The position numbers and the translations under genes are program-made. A DNA stretch of 64,000 bases from a virus, in the IMG/VR virus record IMGVR_UViG_3300011113_000257, positions 46,858 to 110,857 of that record, one strand, 5' to 3'. Of the stretch, positions 1 through 8,978 are shown piece after piece (the first letter of the stretch is position 1; every line of letters begins with the position of its first letter). The notes beneath the pieces were generated by a model that worked only from the letters and a program-made list of their open reading frames with translations, did not search any database and had not been told where the DNA came from.

Positions 1-126
1 TAATAACACATCTCCCTGACATTTGCAAATTATCTTTTCCGCGTGTCCCCTGACCTAAAAAATTTCAGTTATCTAACTCAGCGCAAAAAGAACCCCGCAC
101 TTTCGCACGGGGAACTTTTTGTTTGG

Positions 127-285
127 TTAAAGTATTTCTCCTACTGTTGCTTCCTCGCAAGGGTCGCAAATCCAACCCTCTACTCCGTGCTGGTCAAAAG
201 GAATCATAGTGTCCTTGCATTCAACGCATACAACGTATTTTGTCCCGTCTGTAGACGTAGCAACTAAACTATCTAATGCGTTCAT
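127..285 (-). CDS. 52-aa CxxC-CxxC Zn-ribbon microprotein (not in ORF track)
   Basis: Hand translation MNALDSLVATSTDGTKYVVCVECKDTMIPFDQHGVEGWICDPCEEATVGEIL*; SD GGAGG upstream; terminator hairpin follows. Confidence 0.75.
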   Translation of the reverse strand: MNALDSLVATSTDGTKYVVCVECKDTMIPFDQHGVEGWICDPCEEATVGEIL

Positions 286-287
286 CT

Positions 288-476
288 TTACACCTCCCCT
301 GCTTCTAAAGTTTCAAAGTAGTTGTTCACATCAACAATCGAGCAAGGCTCGCATTGTTCATAACCTCCGTCAAGACTGAACTTGTCTAGCGCGTTACCGC
401 ACTCTACGCACTTCTCATCTTCGCCTAGTGCTTCTTCCGCACCGCGTAGTAGCCATTCATCAAATCCTTGTAGCAC
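288..476 (-). CDS. small acidic Zn-ribbon protein
   Basis: CVEC...CEPC; GTG start at 476 after SD GAAAGGGAGG, downstream of promoter 504-532. Confidence 0.7.
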   Translation of the reverse strand: MLQGFDEWLLRGAEEALGEDEKCVECGNALDKFSLDGGYEQCEPCSIVDVNNYFETLEAGEV

Positions 477-583
477 TTTGCTACCTCCCTTTCTTGTATT
501 CCCATTGTAGCGCATTAGCCTGACATTCGCAAGTTACCGCGCAAAAAGAAAGAGCGAGCCTTTCGGCTCGCCCCTCCTAGAGT

Positions 584-994
584 TTAGTAAGTAGCAAAGG
601 TTCGATTAGAGCCTAAGTCCTTAGCAAATTCGTAGATGTGTTCAAGGTTGATTGTTTTGCTTTCGCCCTTGTTGTTGAAAGCAACCGTGTCGCCTTGAAA
701 GTAACGATACTTTTCCCAACCAACCGAGATAATTACCGCAACCCAGTCGTCTTGTAGGTGTCGCTTGAATACTTCTGCCCAGTCTACCTCGACAGTTTCA
801 TCTTCTTCTTCACTCCACACACTCCATAGGTTTGCTTCACCGTCTGGGTCAGCGTCAATAAATCCGTAAAGTGTTACGCCGTCTTTCTCTTGCGTAATTA
901 CTTCAACAGGATAGTTTGCAAGTTCTGTCTTAAACGCTTCCGCGTCTTTAACTGCAAAGTAGTTGCTTCGTGCCTGACCAAAAAATTGAGCCAT
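584..994 (-). CDS. hypothetical phage protein
   Basis: 136-aa ORF with own promoter (1039-1067), leader hairpin, SD GAAGGGA and terminator at about 543-580. Confidence 0.8.
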   Translation of the reverse strand: MAQFFGQARSNYFAVKDAEAFKTELANYPVEVITQEKDGVTLYGFIDADPDGEANLWSVWSEEEDETVEVDWAEVFKRHLQDDWVAVIISVGWEKYRYFQGDTVAFNNKGESKTINLEHIYEFAKDLGSNRTFATY

Positions 995-1044
995 TTCTTA
1001 TCCCTTCCGCAAGTAAGCCCTTCTTACTCGCTGTATCTATAATA

Positions 1045-1308
1045 CTAAATTACTTGACTATTGTCAAACTCTCCTTGTAAGAGTCCGCAACTTTTGCACA
1101 CGAAATCATCTATCTCAAGTTCGTAAAAGTATCTGTGCTCGCAGTCTACGCGCCAAATTGAATAACACTCGCAAGCAAAACAACGGTGCTTATCTTCGCC
1201 GAGTTCGATTACCTCATCTTTTTGGATAATCCAATTACAAGTATCACACCGAAAAGATTTCACTTTTTCATTCGAGTTGTTGCTGACGTAAATCCATTCC
1301 TCTGACAT
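1045..1308 (-). CDS. Cys-rich Zn-ribbon protein
   Basis: CDTC, CFACEC, CEH, CKSC; TAATG-coupled to upstream gene. Confidence 0.75.
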   Translation of the reverse strand: MSEEWIYVSNNSNEKVKSFRCDTCNWIIQKDEVIELGEDKHRCFACECYSIWRVDCEHRYFYELEIDDFVCKSCGLLQGEFDNSQVI

Positions 1309-1409
1309 TAATCGTTCCCTTGTTCATAGCAGTTGTAGCAAGTCCAACCGCTTTCGATTAGGTCATCATCTAGCAAGTCGCATTGGCAGTTTATGGTGTC
1401 CGCGTTCAT
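1308..1409 (-). CDS. 33-aa Cys-rich acidic microprotein (not in ORF track)
   Basis: MNADTINCQCDLLDDDLIESGWTCYNCYEQGND*; TAATG overlaps on both sides. Confidence 0.7.
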   Translation of the reverse strand: MNADTINCQCDLLDDDLIESGWTCYNCYEQGND

Positions 1410-1633
1410 TAGAACACTCTCCCATACTCGTTTTCAACTACTGATAAATCAACAGGTGATGTAACTTCCCATTGTTCGTATGGTGTTGGGTCGTAACTAT
1501 CTCGGCATTCGTTACACCATAGTTCGGGAAACCAACGGTGCTTTTTAGACATTTCGGCGATTGGAAAGTCTTGTTCGCAATCCACGCAAAAATCGTTTTC
1601 TTCTGGTATTTCAACTCCAAGCCATTGTGTCAT
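1409..1633 (-). CDS. small acidic Zn-ribbon protein
   Basis: CVDC...CNEC; SD AAAGGAG. Confidence 0.75.
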   Translation of the reverse strand: MTQWLGVEIPEENDFCVDCEQDFPIAEMSKKHRWFPELWCNECRDSYDPTPYEQWEVTSPVDLSVVENEYGRVF

Positions 1634-1737
1634 TTTGTTCTCCTTTTTGTTTTCGCGGGCTATCCGCTTAGTAATACTTTATCATACTATTTTGTTTGGT
1701 GCAAGTAGTAGGGGGCTTGCGCCCCCCACCGCATTTG

Positions 1738-1908
1738 CTAAACGTATTCACATACTAGTTCTAGTAAATCCGCGTAAGTTTCTACCCCATTTAATAAGCC
1801 GTAGATAGCGTCTGTTAGTTCTGTAGAGTTCCTGATAGTTTCAACTAGCAAACTTTCCTCAACTAGCAAGTCACCTGCAAGACAACGAATTGTCATTTCT
1901 GCACTCAT
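1738..1908 (-). CDS. 56-aa acidic hypothetical protein (not in ORF track)
   Basis: MSAEMTIRCLAGDLLVEES...; SD GAAAGGGA, promoter 1950-1978, terminator at about 1710-1727. Confidence 0.7.
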   Translation of the reverse strand: MSAEMTIRCLAGDLLVEESLLVETIRNSTELTDAIYGLLNGVETYADLLELVCEYV

Positions 1909-1982
1909 TTTGGTTTCCCTTTCTTGTAAGGAGTTTCCTTACATTTCTAATAGTACGGACTTTCTTGACATTTGTCAAGTGA

Positions 1983-2135
1983 TTACGCAAACTCGTTTAT
2001 TGCGTGTCGGCGTTGGGCAGACCTGTCACGATTACGGCGTGTACGCCTATCCGCAAACTTTGCAGACTTTTGGTTTAGGACATAGTTCCCTCGACCTGTC
2101 ACTAGATTGTCTAGTGGACTCTTGCGCTTAGCCAT
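1983..2135 (-). CDS. 50-aa arginine-rich basic protein (not in ORF track)
   Basis: MAKRKSPLDNLVTGRGNYVLNQKSAKFADRRTRRNRDRSAQRRHAINEFA*; SD GAAAGGAG, promoter 2159-2187. Confidence 0.75.
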   Translation of the reverse strand: MAKRKSPLDNLVTGRGNYVLNQKSAKFADRRTRRNRDRSAQRRHAINEFA

Positions 2136-2286
2136 CTCTGACTCCTTTCGATAAATCTATTGTAGCACACTTCCCTGACATTATCAAATCGAACCGCGCT
2201 CGGCGTGTCGCAATTTAATAATCTCCGTAAAAAATTTCAGTTATGAAAATAAGAAAACCCCCACTTTTGGTGGGGGCTTCCTTGCC

Positions 2287-2595
2287 TTACATAAATCGGT
2301 GGTAGAACTCTACTACCTTTTCCCGTGCCTCTTTCCAGTCTGCCGTAGCGCAGATAGTGACTGTCTGCTCGATACCATTCACATCATCTACCCAACCTAT
2401 GGCTTCATAGATAGTCACGCCGTCATCATAGTCATAGACCCTGACTTCGGCATCTACCGTTTCGTTCATCTCGATAGTGATTGCGTTGTCTGTTACTGGG
2501 TTAAGTAGCACCCGTGTAATTCGACTTGCTGGGTGGCGTAGCGTGGCTAGAAATAATCTAGTGGTTTCGCTGTATGTTGGAATTGTAGTTTCCAC
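2287..2595 (-). CDS. hypothetical phage protein
   Basis: GTG start with SD AAAGGGG, leader hairpin, terminator at about 2255-2283. Confidence 0.75.
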   Translation of the reverse strand: METTIPTYSETTRLFLATLRHPASRITRVLLNPVTDNAITIEMNETVDAEVRVYDYDDGVTIYEAIGWVDDVNGIEQTVTICATADWKEAREKVVEFYHRFM

Positions 2596-2728
2596 TTTTG
2601 TTTTACCCCTTTTGAGTTATCTACCGCGCCTTGCGGTATGTAGTAATCGTATCATACCTTTATGACATTTTCTGTATTTCGAGAAAATAAACCCCGCCCG
2701 TAGGCGGGGCTTATCTCGAGTATCCGCA

Positions 2729-3244
2729 TTAGCAGATAGAGAACCCACCGCTTTCGGCTAAGAACTCCGCGAACTCGCGTACGTTCTGAACATCAAACGG
2801 GTAACTTGCTGCCCAATTCTCTTTTGAGCCAACACCGTCACAACCATTACACCAGCCGAACTCGCGCCCGACAAGGATAGCCACTTCTGGTGATAAGGCT
2901 CGGTCAGGCTGACCCGCACTCACGCCAACTTCATCTGTACGAATACCTGTTGAATTGCAGTGCTTACAATCCTCGCGTGGTAAATCCGCAATCTCTGCGT
3001 AGTAGTCTTTTTGGTACTGGGCGGTATGTCCTCGACCAATCTTTTCAAACAAGATGTTTGATAAAGCAATCGCGCCTTCGGCGTTTAGCCCATCTCCATC
3101 ATTGTATTCACCACTTACTTCTGAAGTAAGTTCAGGTGCAACTTCAATGCAGTAATTCCAAAGTGGTCGCCACCACCATACATTGTTGCGGAAGTATTCA
3201 CCGCGCTCTGTTGTCGGTGCAGTTCCAAAAACGTCCATTCCCAT
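2729..3244 (-). CDS. conserved phage protein (MGMD...YFRNNVWWWRPLW type) with CxxCxxxG Zn-finger insertion
   Basis: Start re-called at MGMDVF (SD GAAGGGA; promoter 3289-3317 lies inside the longer track ORF); CKHCNSTG...CNGCDGVG. Confidence 0.8.
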   Translation of the reverse strand: MGMDVFGTAPTTERGEYFRNNVWWWRPLWNYCIEVAPELTSEVSGEYNDGDGLNAEGAIALSNILFEKIGRGHTAQYQKDYYAEIADLPREDCKHCNSTGIRTDEVGVSAGQPDRALSPEVAILVGREFGWCNGCDGVGSKENWAASYPFDVQNVREFAEFLAESGGFSIC

Positions 3245-3412
3245 TTGGGTTTCCCTTCTGTAAGCAAGTCCCTCTTGCTCACTCTGTGAGTTTATCATAC
3301 TAGCCTGACATTCGCAACTCAAACGAAAAACTTTTTTCGTGTCGCCATAACTGAAATTTTTTAAGTAGGCAACAAAAAATCCGCGCAATCTTCCGCGCGG
3401 ACTTTCTTTTGT

Positions 3413-3679
3413 TTAGAACTTGTAGGTGATGTTAAAGTCTTTCCGCGTGAACGGGATAAAGGTTTCCCCGTACTCCACATCTCCAGCGTAATTTGTACCG
3501 ATTTCGTAGCGAACTACAATCTCATCATTCTCTACGAACACGCTAACTAATTCTGAAAGATAACTTGTAGTCGCGTAATCTCTCCAGTTAGTTGTGATGT
3601 CCTCGATAGCGGTGTCTATTGTGTCATACAAAACTTCGCCGTCTACTTCGATAATGTCTATTGTTCTCACGTCTGACAT
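3413..3679 (-). CDS. acidic hypothetical protein
   Basis: Start MSDVRT with SD GAGAGG; promoter 3720-3748. Confidence 0.75.
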   Translation of the reverse strand: MSDVRTIDIIEVDGEVLYDTIDTAIEDITTNWRDYATTSYLSELVSVFVENDEIVVRYEIGTNYAGDVEYGETFIPFTRKDFNITYKF

Positions 3680-3751
3680 TTTGTTTCCTCTCTTTCGCAA
3701 CCCCTTGTTGCTAGTACCTAGCGTACCCTACTTCCCTGACATTTGCAAGTT

Positions 3752-3783
3752 GAAAAAGGGGCGAGTTTCCCCGCCCCCTTTTC
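3752..3783 (-). terminator. representative intrinsic terminator of the early cassettes
   Basis: AAGGGGCG/CGCCCCCTT GC stem flanked by A/T runs; similar hairpins at about 86-120, 543-580, 1710-1727, 2255-2283, 2688-2712, 3379-3402, 6066-6095, 6926-6960, 8925-8960, 10570-10607, 11217-11262. Confidence 0.75.
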
Positions 3784-3798
3784 GTGCGCCCTCCGCGC

Positions 3799-4272
3799 TT
3801 ACCAAGAACTCTTGTAAGCAAAACTCCAGCCCTCTGGAACTTTAGAGAGTATGCGCCCAAGTTGAACAAGGGTATCTTCAACCTGTTCCCAATACCACTC
3901 GTCAATCTCATACGAGCCGAAGAAGAAACCTGCTTGAGTTGGTAGCAATTCTTCCGCCAACTCTTTGTTCTTGCTTTTCCAAACTTTCATACAGACATCA
4001 TTTAATTCCTGCAACTGCTCTCGGCTAACGTAATACTCCGCGCAATTATCTTCACCCTCTTGCACGTTGTCCACGAACCATTGGTGTATCTGGTTAGCCT
4101 TGCGCCAGTAGCCAACTTTTACCTTGACCGTAATTGACGGGTACTCCTCGTTCTCGAAATCTCCTGCGCCAATCGCATCAGAAACTTTTGCGTATGCATC
4201 TCTGGTTGCTTGTTCTTGCCATTCGCCACCTGATAGGTAGTTACTTGCATAAAGGTACTGGTCTAGTCCCAT
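3799..4272 (-). CDS. conserved phage protein (MGLD...YWRKANQIH type)
   Basis: Start re-called at MGLDQY; motifs YWRKANQIHQWF and LLPTQAGFFFGS; promoter 4317-4345. Confidence 0.8.
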   Translation of the reverse strand: MGLDQYLYASNYLSGGEWQEQATRDAYAKVSDAIGAGDFENEEYPSITVKVKVGYWRKANQIHQWFVDNVQEGEDNCAEYYVSREQLQELNDVCMKVWKSKNKELAEELLPTQAGFFFGSYEIDEWYWEQVEDTLVQLGRILSKVPEGWSFAYKSSW

Positions 4273-4440
4273 TTTGTTTTCCCTTCCGTAAGCAAGTCCG
4301 TCTTGCTCACTCTGTAAGTTTATCATACTAGCCTGACATTTGCAACCTGAACGCGAAACTATTTTTTCCGCGCCCGCGCCAGAAAAAATTTCAGTTTTCA
4401 ATTTGAGATAAACGCGGATTTCTCCGCGCTCTCTCGTTTG

Positions 4441-4833
4441 TTATTCGACTTCGTTATCCGCAAGGATTTGCTTGACGGCTTCAATCGCTTCCTCTAGAGT
4501 TTCGCAAACTTCCCACCACTCATCGTCAGCCTTTGGCTCATAGAACTCAAACCAATTATTATTCACCCAGACATCTTGCTCTGCGTGTGCCGTGTTGAAC
4601 TCTGCCAACTTCGTGTCCGTGTCAATCCCTGCGGAGATTAGGTCGCTTGTGTAACGCCAGACATCTCCGTTAGGTAGGTTGATACGCATCTCGCCGTTAG
4701 ACCCAATGTGAAACTCTCGGTCGCCCGACTTAACTACGGCTAGAACTTCCCAGCCGTTAGTCCAGCAATAGAACGCCGAGTCTGTCTGCTCTGGGTTCTG
4801 CTCTACTAAATACTCAACCGTGTAATCCATCAC
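4441..4833 (-). CDS. acidic hypothetical protein
   Basis: 130-aa ORF, last in the operon from promoter 5466-5495. Confidence 0.75.
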   Translation of the reverse strand: MMDYTVEYLVEQNPEQTDSAFYCWTNGWEVLAVVKSGDREFHIGSNGEMRINLPNGDVWRYTSDLISAGIDTDTKLAEFNTAHAEQDVWVNNNWFEFYEPKADDEWWEVCETLEEAIEAVKQILADNEVE

Positions 4834-4838
4834 GCCAC

Positions 4839-5108
4839 CTAGTCCTCGTCTGACTCAACTCGGACACCGCAAGTAAAACACTTTAAGTTTTCCCAGTCAG
4901 GGTACTCGTAGCAAGTATCGTGGATACAGTCGTTAGTATCGAACACCGCGCCAAGTAGTTCCAACAAACCGTCAAGGTACTCTACGGGGAACGCTTTCAT
5001 CTCGCCGTACTTTGACGGTAAGGAAACAACTCCCGACATAATGTCCTCTGAAAGTTCCGCAAGAAAGTCAAACTGCTCTTGCAACATTTCATAGTCAATG
5101 TTTTTCAT
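4839..5108 (-). CDS. acidic protein with C-terminal CxH/CxxC Zn ribbon
   Basis: CIH...CFTC; ATGA overlap. Confidence 0.7.
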   Translation of the reverse strand: MKNIDYEMLQEQFDFLAELSEDIMSGVVSLPSKYGEMKAFPVEYLDGLLELLGAVFDTNDCIHDTCYEYPDWENLKCFTCGVRVESDED

Positions 5109-5422
5109 TTTGTTTTCTCCCCATTGAGTTCTAGCAACACCGCATTTAGAGTGTCGTAAAGTTCTTCGTCTTTTGCGTAGTTCGCATCATTGTCAATCGC
5201 GTGAGTCCACTCATTTGTTGCCGTGTCGTAAACAGTTCCGTCAAAGTAACGAGTTTCATTTTCAATGTTCCACTTGCCTGTTTCGGTATCGAAACACACT
5301 ACATAGTGATGCTGTGTAGTTGAGGGGTAGTAACCCTGCTCGCCTTCACAAGTTTTGCAGAACGGTGTGCAGTCGAAACCGCCCCCGTGTTCTGGACACT
5401 CAACCATTTCTAGTTTGCTCAT
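5105..5422 (-). CDS. Cys-rich hypothetical protein
   Basis: CPEH-GGGFDCTPFCKTCEG motif; SD GAAAGGGA. Confidence 0.75.
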   Translation of the reverse strand: MSKLEMVECPEHGGGFDCTPFCKTCEGEQGYYPSTTQHHYVVCFDTETGKWNIENETRYFDGTVYDTATNEWTHAIDNDANYAKDEELYDTLNAVLLELNGEKTK

Positions 5423-5516
5423 TTTGTTTCCCTTTCTTAGAGTGAGTCCCTCTCGCTCTATGATAAGTATACGCCCCTAGCCTGACATTTGTCAAATCAG
5501 GGGCGCACACCGCGTG

Positions 5517-5753
5517 TTACCAATTCAGTTCTTCGCCATTCTCGTCTTGGAAGATTAAGTCACTCGTATCTGCCGTGTGACCCCAACCGCAACTAAAGTC
5601 ATTCTCAATCCACACTTCAACTCTCTGCATAATGTCCCACAGGGTTATTTCACTATGTGGAGTTTCAGTTTCCGCGTGTATGTCGTTAGCAATCTGGTTT
5701 ACGTCATACGAGACAACTTTCATCACGTTAATGCGTTCTGGTAATTCTCTCAT
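5517..5753 (-). CDS. acidic hypothetical protein
   Basis: TAATG-coupled ORF. Confidence 0.7.
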   Translation of the reverse strand: MRELPERINVMKVVSYDVNQIANDIHAETETPHSEITLWDIMQRVEVWIENDFSCGWGHTADTSDLIFQDENGEELNW

Positions 5754-5920
5754 TATTTCTCCATTCCGTGTCCAACGTGGACTAATCTAATTTCTGGCTC
5801 GCCGACTTCGATTCCCCAGCCATTCTTTAGTAGTTCTAATGCTTCTTCTTCGCTAGTGCAAAGTTTAAGATTCTTAGAGTCAATCTCTAATGTCTTGATT
5901 ACTTGAAACTCGTAACGCAT
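5753..5920 (-). CDS. small hypothetical protein
   Basis: Start re-called at MRYEFQ (SD GAAGGGA), promoter 5963-5991. Confidence 0.7.
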   Translation of the reverse strand: MRYEFQVIKTLEIDSKNLKLCTSEEEALELLKNGWGIEVGEPEIRLVHVGHGMEK

Positions 5921-6101
5921 TTGGTTTCCCTTCCTTAGCAAGCCCTTCTTGCTAATAACTCTATGATACATCAATACCCTGACATTTGCAACTTGAACAC
6001 GAAATTATCTTTTCCCGTGCCTTCGCTGAGTTCCGCATAAAAAATTTCAGTTTTGTGAAACCAAGAAACCCCTAGCCTTTCGGCTAAGGGCATCTTTTGG
6101 A

Positions 6102-6278
6102 TTAGGCGGTGATTAGTCCCTCGTCTATCAAGGTGCTGGCAATTCTGCCGTAAGAACCTTGCAGTTGCCACGCTAGTCGCGTATCAACTAGTTGCTGAAA
6201 CAAGTTAATTGTTTCTTCTCTGTCAAGATTACCTTCTTCGAACTCGATGATTAAGTTCGTGATGTCGTGTAGTGACAT
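6102..6278 (-). CDS. small conserved phage protein (LFQ.LVD..LAWQLQGSYGR type)
   Basis: Start MSLHDI with SD GAAAGGGA; promoter 6321-6350. Confidence 0.75.
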   Translation of the reverse strand: MSLHDITNLIIEFEEGNLDREETINLFQQLVDTRLAWQLQGSYGRIASTLIDEGLITA

Positions 6279-6370
6279 TTGCTTCCCTTTCGTATTCGCC
6301 GTACTTCGGCTTATGTAGTAAGGATACACTAAACCCCTGACATTTGTCAAGGGCTTAGTGTCCCGTGTCT

Positions 6371-6799
6371 TTAGTCTTCTTCTTCGTACTCATCTTCGTC
6401 TTCGTCTTCGTCTTCGTCTTCGTCTTCACGGCATCTGTCGCAGATTGAGTCATAGTCCGCGCCAGACTCGCCACATAGTTGGCAAAACTCGTCTTCGTAT
6501 CCCTGTGGGATTATGCTTTCGTATCCCTCGTTAGGGTCGTCCTCGTTAGTTGCTACTGATTGCACAAACTTTAGCCCGCAAGAGCCTTCGTACCAACGCT
6601 TGACTAGGGTAAGCATTTCGTCAGGGGTTGAGTCGGTAACAAGGAAACTTCCGTCCTCGCCATAGCCCCACTCTGCACTCTGCTTGACTTGCTGGTCGTC
6701 TTTCAAGATGTAAATCTTGTGACAACCATCAAACGAGATGCCTTTGGCTTCGTCAAGTTCTGCCTTAACTTCGTCCCAGATGTCTTGGAAAGTAGTCAT
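6371..6799 (-). CDS. acidic protein with C-terminal Zn ribbon and poly-D/E tail
   Basis: FDGCHKIY motif, CQLC..CDRC, EDEDEDEDEDEDEYEEED tail encoded by (GACGAA)n. Confidence 0.8.
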   Translation of the reverse strand: MTTFQDIWDEVKAELDEAKGISFDGCHKIYILKDDQQVKQSAEWGYGEDGSFLVTDSTPDEMLTLVKRWYEGSCGLKFVQSVATNEDDPNEGYESIIPQGYEDEFCQLCGESGADYDSICDRCREDEDEDEDEDEDEYEEED

Positions 6800-7032
6800 T
6801 TTGATTTCCCTTTCTATCAGTAAGCCTTTCTTGCTGATAAAACTATCATACCACACTATCCTGACATTACCTAATCGGGGCTTTAGCGCGTGTCGCAGAA
6901 AAAATTTCAGTTATCTAAAATTACGAAACCCGTACCAAAAAAATTTCAGTACGGGCTTCGCTTAGAAACTGTCGGAAGGCTGACACACGCTGGAAGGACG
7001 ATACCCCCCGACAGGGCTTATGGGTTATTCAA

Positions 7033-8841
7033 TTATCCGTTACGGTTTCCCATAGCGGTTAGTGCTTTCGCACACGCTTGTCCGATAGCGTTGGACGCTT
7101 CCGTTGGAGAAGCCACACCGCTTAACGGCTCTACCGTTGTCCCCCTTAGGAGACTTCTGGCACTTGAACCGTTGTCGAACGGTATCCATACTACCGCCAC
7201 GCCGTTGCTCTCACACTGCGACACCCAACTCCGAGCCTTTTGGGTCTCGTCGTAAGTGTACACGCCGTCGGATACCACGACTAAAAGCCTAGCACCGTCA
7301 CCGTTGAGCAGGTTCAACTCGCCGTCTATTGCCTTGAACGCCTTGTCAAACTTTTCCGTACCGTCTGGTGCTGTGTACACCGTTACGTCCGTTAAGTGCT
7401 GACCAGACTTGAGCGTAGGGAACACGTCGTCGCCGTAGTACACCATCGCGCACTTGCCTTGGACTCGCCGAGTTGCTTCCGACATTACCCACGCCGTTGT
7501 CGCCATCGGTTGCATCGCCGAATTCATCGAACCGCTAATGTCTACCATCACGCCGACCTTTAGTGTTGGCTCGTCCGTTGTCTTACGGACTCGCTTACGC
7601 CAAGGTTGCGCCGTTGGTTGCATACCTATCGCCTTGTGTGCTTCGTTCTGCATAGCCGAGCGAGTTCGTAGCCGTCCACCGGGAACAATGCTACGCACTT
7701 CAACAACATCGCGCTCGCGATACTTTGCACGCTCTAATGCGCTCGCCACTTTCACCGCGCTGATACGCTCGTCTGCCGTAGGCTTACGAACCTCTGTTGC
7801 ATAACTACGAGTACGAGTAGATGCTGATGGACCAGTACCTCGCCCGAAAACTTCTTGAGCAACTTTAACATTCTCACGACTTTGCTTTGCACTGTCCGCG
7901 CGATTCTTAACTTCCTCTTTCCATTCCTCTGACTCCTCTTGGTCTGCAAGTTCGGAGTAGTTAGACACCGCAACATTTTCAGATGCTTCTTTCAACTTCT
8001 CAAGTAACTCTTTTAATGCTTCGCCAACTTCAGATGTAGACTCACCACTTCCACCAGAAGTACTTTCACTACCAGAATTATCCTCGCCACGTTCGTTTGC
8101 AAGGTCGCGAACAATCTGTGCCCACTCACGCGCTAATGGATAAACAGGTTCCATGTTTCGATGGTCTGTGTGTGTAATGAAACGCTCGATAACACTGCAT
8201 AACTTTTCAACAGTTTCGTTGCCTAAGTATTCCTCTATAAATTCTGTAACCTCTAGAACATCATCACGCTCTAAAATTCCACCAATGATTCGACCATGCA
8301 CTAGTCCAACTAAAGTTGCAATGTTTGAAACACTACCCTGTGTCAAATCCTCTGACTCAAAATCTGCAATAACAATTTCCATTGCACTTGAGCATAGAAA
8401 TGCGCGATACCGAGCATCAAGCAAAATACCTTGTGCTTCGATTCGTGATTCCTCAAGAAGCATTAGTGCTTCGTACTCGTCTGACTTTAATGCTTCGTAA
8501 GCAGACTCTAAACTCCACTTCGAGAAACGAGCGTGAAATGCTTCGTGCATTATCGCGCCAGTTGCCTTTGGAAATTCGTACTGCGTTGAGCGTTGATTAA
8601 TGTCGCTAATGTGTTCTGGCTTAATGCCAAACCCGAAAGCAATTTCTGTGTTCACTTCAATTTCTGCAATCGCTGGCTTGTAGCACGCTGGCGCATTGCT
8701 ACCTGCAACAGGAGATGCAAGTCCAACTAAATCACCGCGACCTGCGATTGAGTTTGCTAGTTGCGCAATCTGCGAACCAACTGCATACCATTCTGGATGT
8801 CTTTCACCAGAAGTCTTACTGTGTGTGTCAATGTGTGCCAT
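7033..8841 (-). CDS. VWA-domain protein with N-terminal HExxH metallopeptidase-like motif (CobT-like MoxR partner)
   Basis: HEAFH, LEESRIE, MIDAS DISGSM and VVSDG; start re-called at MAHIDT after promoter 8885-8913 and SD. Confidence 0.85.
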   Translation of the reverse strand: MAHIDTHSKTSGERHPEWYAVGSQIAQLANSIAGRGDLVGLASPVAGSNAPACYKPAIAEIEVNTEIAFGFGIKPEHISDINQRSTQYEFPKATGAIMHEAFHARFSKWSLESAYEALKSDEYEALMLLEESRIEAQGILLDARYRAFLCSSAMEIVIADFESEDLTQGSVSNIATLVGLVHGRIIGGILERDDVLEVTEFIEEYLGNETVEKLCSVIERFITHTDHRNMEPVYPLAREWAQIVRDLANERGEDNSGSESTSGGSGESTSEVGEALKELLEKLKEASENVAVSNYSELADQEESEEWKEEVKNRADSAKQSRENVKVAQEVFGRGTGPSASTRTRSYATEVRKPTADERISAVKVASALERAKYRERDVVEVRSIVPGGRLRTRSAMQNEAHKAIGMQPTAQPWRKRVRKTTDEPTLKVGVMVDISGSMNSAMQPMATTAWVMSEATRRVQGKCAMVYYGDDVFPTLKSGQHLTDVTVYTAPDGTEKFDKAFKAIDGELNLLNGDGARLLVVVSDGVYTYDETQKARSWVSQCESNGVAVVWIPFDNGSSARSLLRGTTVEPLSGVASPTEASNAIGQACAKALTAMGNRNG

Positions 8842-8978
8842 CTCTGGCTCCTTCCTTTTGTACGCCCCTTTGACGTACTCTGTGAGTTTATCATACCTTC
8901 TTGATATTTCCAAATTGAAGGGTGGGGAGTCGGGAAACACTCACGAAAACCGACTCCCCTTAGCAAGGATGAAAGGGA

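Noticed and set aside
3245-8940. Long N-terminal extensions in the ORF track (e.g. 3245-3388, 4273-4401, 5921-5974, 6279-6350, 6800-6856, 8842-8940)
   Set aside because: They read through promoters and leader hairpins; the shared 'CQASMIN' peptide is just the translated promoter motif; SD-supported starts lie downstream
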